Shown here piece after piece: positions 1 to 10,547 of a stretch of 64,000 nt of DNA. How positions within the stretch are numbered: the stretch's first letter is position 1; each line of letters starts with the position of its first letter. Origin of the DNA: an uncultured bacterium (GTDB lineage Bacteria; Desulfobacterota_D; UBA1144; Nemesobacterales; UBA2774); assembly GCA_963825135.1 (NCBI GenBank), contig CAWGRW010000010.1, positions 96,001 through 160,000 on the forward strand. The letters are read 5' to 3'. The notes below the pieces were generated by a model. That model was not told where the DNA came from. It did no database searches and was given only the letters and a program-made list of their open reading frames with translations. The position numbers were made by a program, and so were the translations under genes.

Positions 1-1057
1 AGACGCCGATCAGTATCGTCAGCGGGTCGACGAACGACGCCCTGGCGAGATCGACGGCCACGCCGGCCATGAGTCCGAGCGAAGAAGCGTTCACGCCGTC
101 GAGGGCCGCGCCCGCCCAGGCCGAGCGCCTCAGCTTCGGTATAAGAGGGTTGCTCGCGGCGACGAATATGAAGGACGGCAGAAATATGCCGAGCGTGGCG
201 AGCGCCGCTCCCGGGACGCCTCCCAGCAGATACCCGATCGCCGTCGCCGTCGTGAACCACGGCCCGGGAGTCACCTGCCCTATCGCCACGACGTCGAGGA
301 GCTGCTGGTGGGTAAGCCAGCCCCGGTGCACGACGAAATCGGAATTGAGAAAGGCGAGCAGCACGTAGCCGCTCCCGAAAAGCACCGAGCCGATCTTGAG
401 GAAAATCAGGAATATCGACGCGAGCGCCGCCACCTTGGCCTCCGCTGCCGCCGTGTCAAGCCCAATGAGCGGGACTATAAACGCCGTCAGGTTCCCTCCG
501 CTGAGCTTCCCTGCGTTCTTCCATAGCATTACGGCAAGTCCCCCGCCGAAGAGGAGCGCGATCTCGTTCACGCCTAACATGTATGCGGCGGCGACCGCTA
601 TCCCGGTCAATATCGGGACGGGCTCCCTGACGGCCTTCCGTCCGAGAAACACAAGGGCCTGCAGTATCACGGCGATTATCACGGGCTTAATGCCGTAGAA
701 TAAATGGCCCCCCTCGGGCGTCGAGCCGTACCGGACGTAGACCCACGTGAGCGCCGTAACGATAACGGCTGCGGGGATTATGAAACACGCCCCCGCGGTG
801 ATGAGCCCTCTCCACCCGGCGCGCAGGTATCCGATATGTATGGCGACCTCTGTAGAGTTCGGGCCCGGTATCAGGTTCACGGCCCCTATGAGGTCGAGGA
901 AGGACTTATCGTCGAGCCACTTCTTCCTGCGCACGGTCTCGTCGTGCATTATCGCGATCTGCGGAGCGGGCCCTCCGAACGCGGTAGCCCCGAGCCTCAG
1001 GAACAACAGCGCCAGCTCCTTCAATCTGCCCTGTAATTCTTTCTCCGGAACGCTCAT
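1..1057 (-). CDS. chrA: Chromate efflux transporter (3' end runs off window)
   Basis: My translation from ATG 1057: MSVPEKELQGRLKELALLFLRLGATAFGGPAPQIAIMHDETVRRKKWLDD...IPGPNSTE. This has the CHR-family FGG and PGP motifs, with a second repeat (LFGSGYVL, GQVTPGP) further on. Confidence 0.92.
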   Translation of the reverse strand, partial: MSVPEKELQGRLKELALLFLRLGATAFGGPAPQIAIMHDETVRRKKWLDDKSFLDLIGAVNLIPGPNSTEVAIHIGYLRAGWRGLITAGACFIIPAAVIVTALTWVYVRYGSTPEGGHLFYGIKPVIIAVILQALVFLGRKAVREPVPILTGIAVAAAYMLGVNEIALLFGGGLAVMLWKNAGKLSGGNLTAFIVPLIGLDTAAAEAKVAALASIFLIFLKIGSVLFGSGYVLLAFLNSDFVVHRGWLTHQQLLDVVAIGQVTPGPWFTTATAIGYLLGGVPGAALATLGIFLPSFIFVAASNPLIPKLRRSAWAGAALDGVNASSLGLMAGVAVDLARASFVDPLTILIGV

Positions 1058-1204
1058 AACGTCTCACGAAAGCCCGTAGACTTAAGGAGTCATTATATCC
1101 GATGAATTTAAATATTCGATTTCTATTCGCGCCCGTAAAAACCGACCGCGTTATAGCAACCGAAACGAACGAAAGCGAGCGCGGCAATTCCGTCTTCTCC
1201 CTCC

Positions 1205-1920
1205 CGTCATTCCCGAATGCCTTTATCGGGAATCCACACACGCACGTAGTGCGTTTCTACGATTCCTCCGAACCTTCTCATCACATACCAACGAATGAAG
1301 CCAAACCCGTTCGTGCTGAGCTGGTCGAGGCACGTTACCGACATTACCGAATTTGCGGCACACACGCACATAGTGCGTTTCTATGATCCTTCCGTGACTC
1401 CTCTGCTCAACCAACAAGCGAAGCCCAACCCGTTCACCCTGAGCTAGTCGAAGGGTGTCACTCCACCCGCGGGCATACGATCACTCACATCCCCCTCAGC
1501 TCAATCCAACCCGTTCACCCTGAGCTTGTCGACGGGTCTTCCTTAATTCCCTCCCCCCTTTTCAAAGTGGGGGAGGGTTAGGGTGGGGGTGTACCTAGAT
1601 ATGTAAACCCGTTCGTGCTGAGATAGTCGAAGCACGTTACCGACATTACAGAATTTGCGTGAAGAAAATCGATTGTACGAGCGTTAAAAATCTTCCACGG
1701 GCTGGGGTTGAATTGGAAGATTTAGCGAGTACATGAGATTTTTAGCACAATTCTGTAGTCGGATGATTTTTGCTTCTTTTCATCAAGGAAAAGAAGGATC
1801 AATCAAATAGCCTTTCACCTTTCTTTGTCTTTTCTTTTCGAATGATCACGCTTCGTGTGTTAATCGTGTGTCTTTTCCTTGTCTTTCCGTAAGCGGGAAG
1901 TCCGGGCGCAAACCTCAAAT
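1205..1920 (+). repeat. Composite intergenic repeat block
   Basis: REP-like modules + 20-bp joints + core hairpin; edges approximate. Confidence 0.9.
1640..1762 (+). repeat. Core ~123-bp imperfect hairpin repeat, representative copy (about 29 copies in window)
   Basis: CCGACATTACAGAATTTGC...AAAATC..TGTAC..AATCTTCC [G-rich loop] GGAAGATT..GTACA..GATTTT..GCACAATTCTGTAGTCGG; other copies start near 3582, 5107, 5420, 8743, 10189, 12242, 12606, 18142, 18451, 21893, 26042, 26344, 27936, 30546, 32743, 34868, 37981, 38379, 44809, 46333, 47459, 50124, 53977, 55495, 57257, 58216, 59568, 63104. Confidence 0.95.
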
Positions 1921-2003
1921 CCCTTGCCTGGACTCTCCCCCGGGAAAGAAACGGCATCGAGACACGCGCGCCGAATTATGCTAATCTATATACCGAGTCT
2001 GAA

Positions 2004-2201
2004 ATGAGCGAAAAAAAGGAAATCCCGGCAGCCGCCGAAGCCAAAACCCCGGATCACTGCCCTGAAGAGTGCATTATCGGGCTCGACGAATGCGCCGAAT
2101 GCGGGGCATGCGGACACTGCACGGACGGGGCGCGGCTCGACGAAGACGACCTCCCCCCTCACTGGCAGAGGTTCATCGAAAAGAGTAAAAAATCACCCTG
2201 A
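2004..2201 (+). CDS. Small Cys-rich hypothetical protein (possible metal binding)
   Basis: 65-aa ORF with CPEEC...CAECGACGHC, unique sequence, TG-TAATCT-like promoter upstream. Confidence 0.55.
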   Translation: MSEKKEIPAAAEAKTPDHCPEECIIGLDECAECGACGHCTDGARLDEDDLPPHWQRFIEKSKKSP

Positions 2202-2510
2202 GACAGAGCCCTACCCCGTGCGCGGCCGGCGGCCGGACGCACCTATCCCTCAGGCGGATTTTCGGCATATCTCCGCCCGGCAGCTCATTCTGGTAATGCC
2301 GGCGCACCGCTTCCGGCAGTACCGGTGTGATATCCAGCTTGTCAAAACATTACGAGATCGGCAGAGGGCGTATTATAGAGTGTCAGTCAGTACGGGTTAG
2401 TAGTAATAACCGCAAGTAATCAGCATGAGTTCGAGTATCAATTCCGCGCGCTGCAAAAGTGAATAATGATAGTTACTGTTCCAGATTGTAATGACAAACT
2501 AACCTGAATA

Positions 2511-2834
2511 TCAGACCTCCGCTTTCAAACTCTTGAGGATCACGCGTTCCTGTCTCGCCCTTGCCTCGAAATCCTGAAGCGGGGTTACCTCCCACTCCAG
2601 CACTCCCCATATCGGGAGAGCCCTCAGCATCCGGTCAAGATCGTCGTGCGAGTCGGCTTCCGCGACAAACACGAAAGCGCGGTCGCCCACGGGGAGACCT
2701 CCTACTATAGTCCCCTCGTCCTCAAGCTCCTTAAGCTCGTCGAAAGCGGGTATTACAACAGATTCAAGGACTTCGACCTCTTCCTCGGGCGAAAAATACC
2801 CGGGACCCTCGGTCCCCATTACAAGATACTTCAT
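2511..2834 (-). CDS. Muconolactone delta-isomerase-like / DUF3303-like small protein
   Basis: FVAEADSHDDLDRMLRALP...EVTPL pattern; GGAGG RBS. Confidence 0.65.
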   Translation of the reverse strand: MKYLVMGTEGPGYFSPEEEVEVLESVVIPAFDELKELEDEGTIVGGLPVGDRAFVFVAEADSHDDLDRMLRALPIWGVLEWEVTPLQDFEARARQERVILKSLKAEV

Positions 2835-2937
2835 ATATCCCCTCCTTGCTCGTTAAAGCATAAAAAACAACTGATCATTAATAGAAATGAATATCCATCA
2901 ATACTATACCGGATAAATTGCCGGCAGTAAGAGATTT

Positions 2938-3118
2938 AACGGTATGGAGCGTTCCCCGGCTGGCATTGGTACCACAACAGTCCTGAAAGACTCCGCTTTT
3001 CACGGACCGAGATTTTCATTTCCGGAAGGCCATATCGGCCTGGTTATAAAGGTGCCGACCGGACAGCTAAGCCCGGTCAGCACCGGATGCCGCAATTAGG
3101 GTTGCCCATACCCTGTTT
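2938..3118. ncRNA. Candidate structured RNA 1
   Basis: Outer pairing GGTATGG/CCATACC, inner stems, 24-bp motif identical to 6749-6772. Confidence 0.4.
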
Positions 3119-3254
3119 GTTGTTTCCGTGCGGCAAAAATTGTATTTAATTTTCCTCCGCATCCGCCTGTGCATATGATAACACTTTTCATCGTTCGAAT
3201 CTCCCCCCTCGCAAATTCTATGTATCTAAGAGTTTCGCTGAGCGGACGAGGTGG

Positions 3255-4030
3255 AATTGAAAGATTTTAGCTTAAACATAAGATTTTTAGCATAATTCTG
3301 TAGAGTCTTTTCGGAAACCACACTGCGTGTGTTCATCAAGGAAAAGAAAATATTATCTTTGTCTTCTCCTTTGCTTTGTCATTCCCGACACCGATCGGGA
3401 ATCCAGTCTTTAATCTCTTATTGCAAGTCTTCGCAAAAGCCGCGGCAATCTCGTCTTTATCTTTATTCCCTCCTTTCGTAAAGGAGGGTTAGGGTGGATT
3501 TTACATTATGTCATTTCGAGCAGCGCGAGAAATCTATTGTCGTCATTGCGAGCGAAGCGAAGCAATCTCGCCTTTTCTTTCCCGACATTACAGAATTTGC
3601 GTATAGAAAATCGATTGTACGAGCGTTAAAAATCTTACGCGGGACGAATGCAAGCGAGCGCGCATTCGGACGCCCTCTCCTATCCGCACGACGTTAGTTA
3701 GCCACGGACATTGCTAAACTATCGCTCCGATGGGGTTGAATTGGAAGATTTAGCGAGTACATGAGATTTTTAGCACAATTCTGTAGAATCTTTTCGGAAA
3801 ACACACTACGTGTGTGATTTTTGCTTATTTTCATCAAGGAAAAGAAGGATAAAAAAATAGCCTTTCACCTTTCTTTGTCTTTTCATTATCTTTTCATAGA
3901 CCACTTTAGGTGCACGGTGTTTTCATAATCCACACTGCGTGTGTTCATCAAGGAAAAGAAGGAAGTATAGTTGCCTTTTCTTGGTCTTTATCTTTTCATT
4001 TCTATTCAGAAAGGCTCGCAGCACTACGTT
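3255..4030 (+). repeat. Composite intergenic repeat block
   Basis: Half core, several REP-like hairpins, core with ~87-bp insert. Confidence 0.9.
3644..3730 (+). mobile_element. ~88-bp insert subtype A in the core-hairpin loop (also 5482-5569, 12667-12754, ~22049-22137, 38043-38129, degenerate ~47523-47593)
   Basis: Present/absent polymorphism among core copies; starts (A)ACGAATGC-loop-GCATTCGGAC. Confidence 0.8.
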
Positions 4031-4046
4031 AGGGGTGGTCCCGCGG

Positions 4047-4496
4047 TTACACGGGTCTCAGCTTCTCTCTTATTTTCTCAAGGGATATGCGATAATGCTC
4101 TCCGTACTGCCTGTACTTACCGTCCTTGAACAGCTCGTGCGCCCTGAGCGTTATCTGGCGCTTCGTGTCGTCGGCGAAGGTATCCAGGTTAAGCCCTGAA
4201 AGGAATACTGCGGAATAGCAGGAGATGTTGTCCTGCCCCCTCACGAATATGTCGGCGAGCATCCTCGACGACCCCGGCGTGTCCGATTCCCCGAGCACAT
4301 AGACGCAGGCCTCCTGCCATATGTGCGTCCTGCTCCCGAACATCTTCTTCAGCGAGTGCCAGTCGAGGTCGGAAAACCCCGCGAGGATAACCTCGCCCTC
4401 ACGGTAATCCCGCTCGTACCAGTTCTCGCCCGGATGTATGTTGCCGTTAGCCGTGTGCTCCTTCAAGTGTCTGTCGAAAAGTTCAGTTCCGTCCAC
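4047..4496 (-). CDS. Hypothetical protein
   Basis: 149-aa ORF, GTG start preceded by GAGGGG, coding-like codon usage. Confidence 0.65.
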   Translation of the reverse strand: MDGTELFDRHLKEHTANGNIHPGENWYERDYREGEVILAGFSDLDWHSLKKMFGSRTHIWQEACVYVLGESDTPGSSRMLADIFVRGQDNISCYSAVFLSGLNLDTFADDTKRQITLRAHELFKDGKYRQYGEHYRISLEKIREKLRPV

Positions 4497-4594
4497 GTTT
4501 TATTAGTTCCCCTCTCGCGTGTGCGGCTTTGCTCAGCCCGCACTGAAGATAACAGGCTTTATTTTACACAATTTAAATTTTCAGGCTAATCGCC

Positions 4595-5760
4595 CGCACA
4601 CGCATACAGAGTGTTCCACGGTCCTGCCGGTCTTTTTCCGCTTCATCCGGCAATTTGCCCATCCCGTTCACCCTTAGCGCACACGAAGTGTGCTGTCGAA
4701 GGATGCGAAATTATTTCCCTCCCCCTCAATAGGAGGGGGGAGGGTTAGGGTGGGGGTGTACCTTAATCATTCTGTCATTGCGAGCGTAACGAATGAGTGT
4801 GAGAGAAGCGCGGCAATCTCGTCTTTATCTTTATTCCCTCCTTTCGTAAAGAACGAATGCGAATAAACAAGCATTTGGACGCCCTATCCCAAAGAGCAAC
4901 TAAGGAAATACGCTTCCAGCTCAATGTTGCCATACTCCAAACAGGTTAGGGAGGATTTAGTTTTTTCTTTACGTTTCCCGACAATACACAATTTGCGGCG
5001 GGTGAGCACCCGCACATTAATTTCCCTCCCCCCTTTTCAAAGTGGGGGAGGGTTCGGGTGGGGGGTTTACATTACACTCCAATTAAGCAAGAAAGCCTTT
5101 TCTTTCCCGACATTACAGAATTTGCGTGAAGAAAATCGATTGTACGAGCGTTAAGAATCTTACGTGGGCCGGGGTGGGATCGGAAGATTTAGCGAGTACA
5201 TGAGATTTTTAGCACAATTATGTAGTCGGATGATTTTTGCTTCTTTTCATCAAGGAAAAGAAGGATACAAAAACATCCTTTCACCTTATCTGTGTCTTTG
5301 CTTTTCGAAAGATCACGCTTCGTGTGTGTCGCGGCTGGTAGCCGCTCCTACAACTATGAGTGTCATTGCGAGCGGTGCTTATGAAGTAAGCGCAGCGCGG
5401 CAATCTCGTATTTTCTTTCCCGACATTACGGAATTTGCGTTAAGAAAATCGATTGTACGAGCGTTAAAAATCTTACGCGGGAACGAATGCAAGCGAGCGA
5501 GCATTCGGACACCCTCTCCTATCCGCACGACGTTAGTTAGCCACGGACATCGCTAAGCTATTGCTCCGATGGGGTGGGATCGGAAGATTTAGCGAGTACG
5601 TGAGATTTTTAGCAAATTCTGTAGTCGGATGATTTTTGCTTCTTTTCATCAAGGAAAAGAAGGATAAAAAAAACATTCTTTCGCCTTTCTTTGCCCATTC
5701 GAAAGATCACACTACGTGTGTCTTTTCCTTGTCTTTCCGTAAGCAGGAAGTCCAGGCGCA
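4595..5760 (+). repeat. Composite intergenic repeat block
   Basis: Two cores and two inserts; GTAG-type hairpin at ~5328-5351. Confidence 0.9.
4852..4943 (+). mobile_element. ~92-bp insert subtype C in the CCCTCCTT...AAGGAGGG repeat (noisy relative ~21274-21355)
   Basis: Empty site visible at 3468-3501. Confidence 0.75.
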
Positions 5761-5838
5761 ATCACCAAACCCAAGGCACACCCCCCATCTCCTCTTCCCC
5801 CTCATCACAGAATTTCGGTCAATAAGCCTGTCGTCCCC

Positions 5839-6474
5839 CTAATCCTTATACTTCACCCCGCACCCGTATGGCTTCGTCTCGGGCGTGACGACAGGCTTCC
5901 CGGCGAGCGCTTCGGTGAGCGCGAGATCGATGTAGTTCGTCGCCTTCGCTATGTCCGTGACGTCCGTCGAATTGATGCTGTCGGCGGCGCCCGTATAAAT
6001 AATATTGCCGTCCGCGCCGACGATGAAGATGTCGGGCGTAGTCTTCGCGCCGTAGAGCTTCCCTATCTCCCCGGACGGGTCGAGCACGATGTACGCAGCC
6101 GACGTGCCGTACGCCTCGGCCTCTTTCCTCGACATCGCGGCGTCCCTGTAGGATTCATTTCCTTCGTTCGTCGAGTTTATCGAGATCCATACGACCCCCT
6201 CTTCCGTGTACTTCCTCTGCAGGTCCTGCATCTTATCGCTCTTGTAGTGCTTCTCGGTGAACGGGCATCCGTGGTTGAACCATTCGAGCACCACGACCTT
6301 ACCCTTGAAGTCCGACAGCCTGGCCGTCGTACCCTCGATGTCCGTGAACGCGAACCCCGGCGCGGGCTTTCCCGGCAGGACCTCGGCCGCGCTCGCTCCC
6401 GCGAGAGCCCACATCAGCAAAAACCCCGCGCCAAGTATAAGCAGCGCTCCAGGTATAATTGTGTTTCGCCTCAT
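5839..6474 (-). CDS. Exported redoxin (AhpC/TSA, thioredoxin-fold) protein
   Basis: Signal peptide, GKVVVLEWFNHGCPF, YGAKTTP, C-terminal YGCGVKY. Confidence 0.88.
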   Translation of the reverse strand: MRRNTIIPGALLILGAGFLLMWALAGASAAEVLPGKPAPGFAFTDIEGTTARLSDFKGKVVVLEWFNHGCPFTEKHYKSDKMQDLQRKYTEEGVVWISINSTNEGNESYRDAAMSRKEAEAYGTSAAYIVLDPSGEIGKLYGAKTTPDIFIVGADGNIIYTGAADSINSTDVTDIAKATNYIDLALTEALAGKPVVTPETKPYGCGVKYKD

Positions 6475-6625
6475 CTTTTCCGCTCCATTCCTGATTTGAT
6501 GAGGGGAAATTATAACCGATGTATCTGCATTATCGCCCGTGGACGCCCTGCCGGGAATCCGCCCCGCGCCGGCATAAATTTCCCGGATTCACTTACCCAA
6601 ACGGTGCCATGTAATACTATATATT

Positions 6626-6675
6626 AATTAGTATTCATAAATACTAATTGACTCTTATCTTCTATACTGTACAAT
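6626..6675 (+). promoter_or_regulatory. Palindromic operator overlapping sigma70-like promoter
   Basis: Perfect inverted repeat AATTAGTATT-CATA-AATACTAATT (6626-6649) overlapping TTGACT(6648)-16bp-TACAAT(6670). Confidence 0.5.
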
Positions 6676-6686
6676 GTCGTTATATG

Positions 6687-6772
6687 CAGGGTATCATAAT
6701 TCCCGGTTACATCCCGCCAAGTCCCCCTCTTTAGCTCGGGATGTAATGATTAGGGTTGCCCATACCCTGTTT
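6687..6772. ncRNA. Candidate structured RNA 2
   Basis: CAGGGTAT/ATACCCTG outer stem, TTACATCCCG/CGGGATGTAA inner stem, shared 24-bp motif, promoter just upstream. Confidence 0.4.
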
Positions 6773-7162
6773 ACGATGTCTTTCAGGAGCGCACAGGGCG
6801 GAGGACTTCCGCTCTGCGCCCGCTCCCACGGGCTCAAGTAATACCTGAATCGGGGATCCGATCAGCCCTCCGACGCTGACTTTTTACGATTTTGATGATA
6901 ACCGCGGCCCCGCCCGTACTTTTCTTGAAACTTCTTTAAATAAATGCGCCCGCCCCCCTGATATGCTTGGCTTATTTAAGCCCGCAGCGTCTGTCAGGCG
7001 TCATTTTATGTATATAAAGACTTCTCGCCCGTCGCCTGCGTCTATGCCTAAACTTACCCCCTCGAAATTATGTCCCGTTCAGGTATCCTCATATACTCTG
7101 AAAAAAGGGCGGATAATACCTTATCCCGCTCTCTAAATATATTTCGGAAAGGAGCTAAGATA

Positions 7163-8359
7163 ATGGGTTTCGACGATTCGATCGGCAAGCTGAGCAGATA
7201 CTCCAATGACAAACACCCGGTCACCACACTCTACCTCAGGCTGAACCCTCACGACAGGGAAAACTTCGGCTACAAAATAACGCTCAAGAACCTGGCAAAG
7301 GAGCTCAGGGAGAATATGGGGAAAAGGGGGATTTCGAAGGAAGCCCTCGATTCGGTTGAATCGGACATCTCGAAGATCCAGAGCTACATCGACAACGCGG
7401 ACGGCCTCACCGAGTGCCGTGGCATAGCCGTCTTTTCATGCTCCGGAGACGGTTTCTGGGAGGCGCTAAAACTCCCCGCGCTCTACAAGAACCAGCTGCT
7501 CATAGACCGCACCCCAGCGACGGGTCAGCTTTATAAAGTCGCCGACGATTACAGGCACATCGTCACCGTGCTCATAGACAGGAAGAAGGCGCGCATATTC
7601 GGCATCGGCCTCGACGGCACGCACGAGGTCCTCGATTATTTCTACCCGGCCGCCGAACGCTCGACCAAGTTCCATAACCCGGAAGGCAAGTACACCAAGA
7701 AATCGATGCCGGCTTCGGACGCGAGGAGCCTCTCGCAGGGGTTCGGCGAGTTCAAGTTCAACAGGATGATAGAGAACGAAATACACCAGCACTTCAAGTA
7801 CGTCGCGCAGATGCTCAGGGATTACTACCGCAAGGAGAATTTCCGCTGGCTCATTCTCGGCGGGACCGACGAGAATATCGCGGAATTCGCGCACCATCTC
7901 CCGACGGAAATGACGGAGAGGCTCGCGGGCACGGTAACTCTGGACCTCGAAAGGATAAGGCCCTCGATAGTTACGGGAGCGTCCCTCGATACGCTCGATA
8001 AAACGAGGGCCGGGAAGCAGCAGAAGCTGCTTCAGGAATTCGCGGATAAGCTCCCGGTGGGCTACGCGGTCGACGGCCTCAAGTCCACGCTCGACGCGAT
8101 CAGAAACAGTCAGGTGAGGGTGCTCTTCGTCGAAGACGGCTTCACGCATCCGGGCTTCGTCTGCCCCGATTCGGGGGAATACCTCACGGACGGCGCGGGG
8201 AAATGCCCCGGCGGCGGCGACCCGGTCCCCGTGAACGACCTCGTCGAGTGCGCTGTCGATGAAGCGTTCGGCCAGGGCGCGGAGGTCGAGATAATTCAGG
8301 ACGAGCCCTACAAGAAGCTCATCCACGGCGCGGGTGCGATCCTCCGCTTCAAGCTCTGA
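7163..8359 (+). CDS. Bacterial archaeo-eukaryotic release factor (eRF1/pelota-like, baeRF) family protein
   Basis: eRF1-like domain layout: GIAVFSC, LILGG, YAVDG...TLDA...VRVLFV, Cys motif CPDSG...CPGGG, GAEVEII...GAGAILRF. ATG 7163 follows GGAG. Confidence 0.8.
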   Translation: MGFDDSIGKLSRYSNDKHPVTTLYLRLNPHDRENFGYKITLKNLAKELRENMGKRGISKEALDSVESDISKIQSYIDNADGLTECRGIAVFSCSGDGFWEALKLPALYKNQLLIDRTPATGQLYKVADDYRHIVTVLIDRKKARIFGIGLDGTHEVLDYFYPAAERSTKFHNPEGKYTKKSMPASDARSLSQGFGEFKFNRMIENEIHQHFKYVAQMLRDYYRKENFRWLILGGTDENIAEFAHHLPTEMTERLAGTVTLDLERIRPSIVTGASLDTLDKTRAGKQQKLLQEFADKLPVGYAVDGLKSTLDAIRNSQVRVLFVEDGFTHPGFVCPDSGEYLTDGAGKCPGGGDPVPVNDLVECAVDEAFGQGAEVEIIQDEPYKKLIHGAGAILRFKL

Positions 8360-9100
8360 CGCGCACGCATAATGCGTTTTTGCGATTTCTGCCATACTCC
8401 TCAGACCTCCCGAGAGATCATACATTCCCGGCTCTAGGAGTGGCCTCCAACCGTCATATATCTTTAAGCAGTCATTGCGAGGCTTCGCAGAAGCCGCGGC
8501 GGGTGAGCACCCGCGGGCATACGATCTCTAACATCCCCCTCAGCTCAACCCAGTCCGCTCACCCCGTACTCTTAATTCCTTCCCCCTGGAGGGGGAACTG
8601 CTTCGAGCAAGCGAGAAGTAGGACGCCCTGACCCTTTAGCCACTTGGGTAACTGTGACCATGCTCTCCGATTTGTCGAGCATGTGGTGAGGATGGGGGTG
8701 TCGCCTTTCACTCATTCAATCATCCGGTAAGTTTTTCTCTTCCCGACATTACAGAATTTGCGTTAAGAAAATCGATTGTACGAGCGTTAAGAATCTTACG
8801 TGGGGTGGGGTGGAATTGGAAGATTTAGCGAGTACATGAGATTTTTAGCAAATTATGTAGTCGGAATGATTTTTGCTTCTTTTCATCGAGGAAAAGAAGG
8901 ATTAAAAAACAGCCTTTCACCTTTCTTTTATCTTTTCGAAAGACCACACTACGTGTGTGATTTTTGCTTCTTTGTATCCAGACAAAGAAGGAAATAATAT
9001 TGTCTTAGCCATTTCCTTATCTTTGTCTTTTCTTTCCGAAAAATCACATTATGCGTGTGTCGCGGCTGGCGGACTTGATCCGGGAACTCTCTCCTACAAA
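8360..9100 (+). repeat. Composite intergenic repeat block
   Basis: Starts right after the baeRF stop codon; one core, one insert. Confidence 0.9.
8596..8684 (+). mobile_element. ~89-bp insert subtype D in the TCCCCCTGGAGGGGG repeat (longer relative ~44590-44753)
   Basis: Empty-type site at 62901-62940. Confidence 0.75.
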
Positions 9101-9137
9101 TTTAGGAGCGTCATCCCTGCGCCGCCGGGAAAACCCC

Positions 9138-9677
9138 TCACAGCCAGTCAGACTGGCGGCTCGTCTTCTTTTTCTTCTTCTTCCCCTTCTGCTTATACCT
9201 CTCCTGCGCCTCTTTTATGGTCTGGAGCGCGGCCTCCTTGTTCCTCCACCCCTCGACGTGCACGTTCTTCTTCTCGAGCGTCTTGTAGGAGGCGAAGAAG
9301 TGCTCTATCTCCCGGAGCAGATGAGGCGGTATCTCGGTCAGCTTCTCGATGTGGCTCCAGTGCGGGTCGTCCACCGGCACGCAGAGTATCTTCTCGTCGG
9401 GCCCCTTCTCGTCCCCCATCATGAACATCCCTATGGGCTTCGACAATATTATGCACCCCGGGAACGTGGGCTCCCAGAGCAGCACGAGCGCGTCGAGCGG
9501 GTCGCCGTCCCCCCCGAGTGTGTCCTCTATGAACCCGTAATCACTCGGATAATGTACCGAAGCGTAGAGCAGGCGGTCGAACTTTATCCGCTTTTTTACC
9601 TTGTCGTACTCGTACTTGTTCCTCGACCCCTTGGTTATTTCCACCATGACTATTACTGTCTCGTTGTCCTTATCCAT
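9138..9677 (-). CDS. ppa: Inorganic pyrophosphatase
   Basis: EITKGSRNKYE, YPSDYGF, DGDPLD signature, DEK. Confidence 0.96.
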   Translation of the reverse strand: MDKDNETVIVMVEITKGSRNKYEYDKVKKRIKFDRLLYASVHYPSDYGFIEDTLGGDGDPLDALVLLWEPTFPGCIILSKPIGMFMMGDEKGPDEKILCVPVDDPHWSHIEKLTEIPPHLLREIEHFFASYKTLEKKNVHVEGWRNKEAALQTIKEAQERYKQKGKKKKKKTSRQSDWL

Positions 9678-9747
9678 GCCCGGCTCCCTTCACCTTGGGT
9701 TTTTATATTTGGAACATTATACAACGGTTTCAGGCAGGTGCGAAAAG

Positions 9748-10512
9748 ACACATAGTGTCATTCCGCGATTCCACCGGCAATTCTCAACTTAATCCGGCGA
9801 CTCGCCAATCCCGTTCACCCCGAGCGCACACGAAGTGTGCAGTCGAAGGGTGCGAAATTATTTCCCTCCCCCTCAATAGGAGGGGGAACGGTTGCAAGCA
9901 AGCGCGCAACTGGTCACTCTCTCAGCGAAGTCACCGAAGTACATTAACTTCCGGCTTTACGCTGCCTAAACCAAAACAGCAAGGGTGGGGGTGTACCTAG
10001 ATATGTAAACCCGTTCGTGCTGAGCTAGTCGAAGCACGTTACCGACATTACAGAATTTGCGGCGGGTGAGCACCCGCAGGCATGTGATCTCAACCATTCT
10101 TCCGCTCGACTACGGTCTGGTCAACTTCGAACAAGCGGGAGAGCACCAATCATTCTGATCACTCCTGAGCCGTCGAAGGGTGATTATTCCCGACATTACA
10201 GAATTTGCGTGAAGAAAATCGATTGTACGAGCGTTAAAAATCTTACGCGGGCTGGGGTGGAATTGGAAGATTTAGCGAGTACATGAGATTTTTAGCACAA
10301 TTCTGTAGTCGGATGATTTTTGCTTCTTTTCATCAAGGAAAAGAAGGATAAATAAAACAGCCTTTCACCGTTCTAGTCTTTTCATTATCTTTTCATAGAC
10401 CACTTTAGGCGCACGGTGTTTTCATAACCCACACTACGTGTGTTCATCAAGGAAAAGAAGGATAAAAAAAACAGCCTTTCACCTTTCTTGTCTTTCTCTT
10501 TACCTTTCCGAA
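9748..10512 (+). repeat. Composite intergenic repeat block
   Basis: One core, one clear insert. Confidence 0.9.
9887..9980 (+). mobile_element. 94-bp insert subtype B in the CCCTCCCCCTCAATAGGAGGGGG repeat (also 12061-12154)
   Basis: Empty sites at ~4717-4760, 25959-26001, 30457-30500. Confidence 0.8.
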
Positions 10513-10547
10513 ATACACGCAGCGGTGCGGAAATTACATCTTCCCCC

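Noticed and set aside
1640..1762. Canonical integron attC sites
   Set aside because: No RYYYAAC/GTTRRRY ends, no intI in the window, genes lie on both strands and carry their own promoters; kept only as an analogy.
3644..3730. Group II intron remnant or tRNA as identity of the ~90-bp inserts
   Set aside because: No GUGYG 5' end, recognisable domain V or tRNA T-loop/cloverleaf on either strand.
3494..5842. Many short ORFs with recurring peptides such as FPDITEFA..KSIVRAL or PTLQNLRR
   Set aside because: They are translations of the non-coding repeats in varying frames, with inconsistent starts and stops.
7466..8425. Long antisense or alternate-frame ORFs (e.g. 7466-8425, 19036-20079, 29045-30313, 40308-41282)
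   Set aside because: Shadow ORFs of well-supported GC-rich genes with no recognisable motifs.
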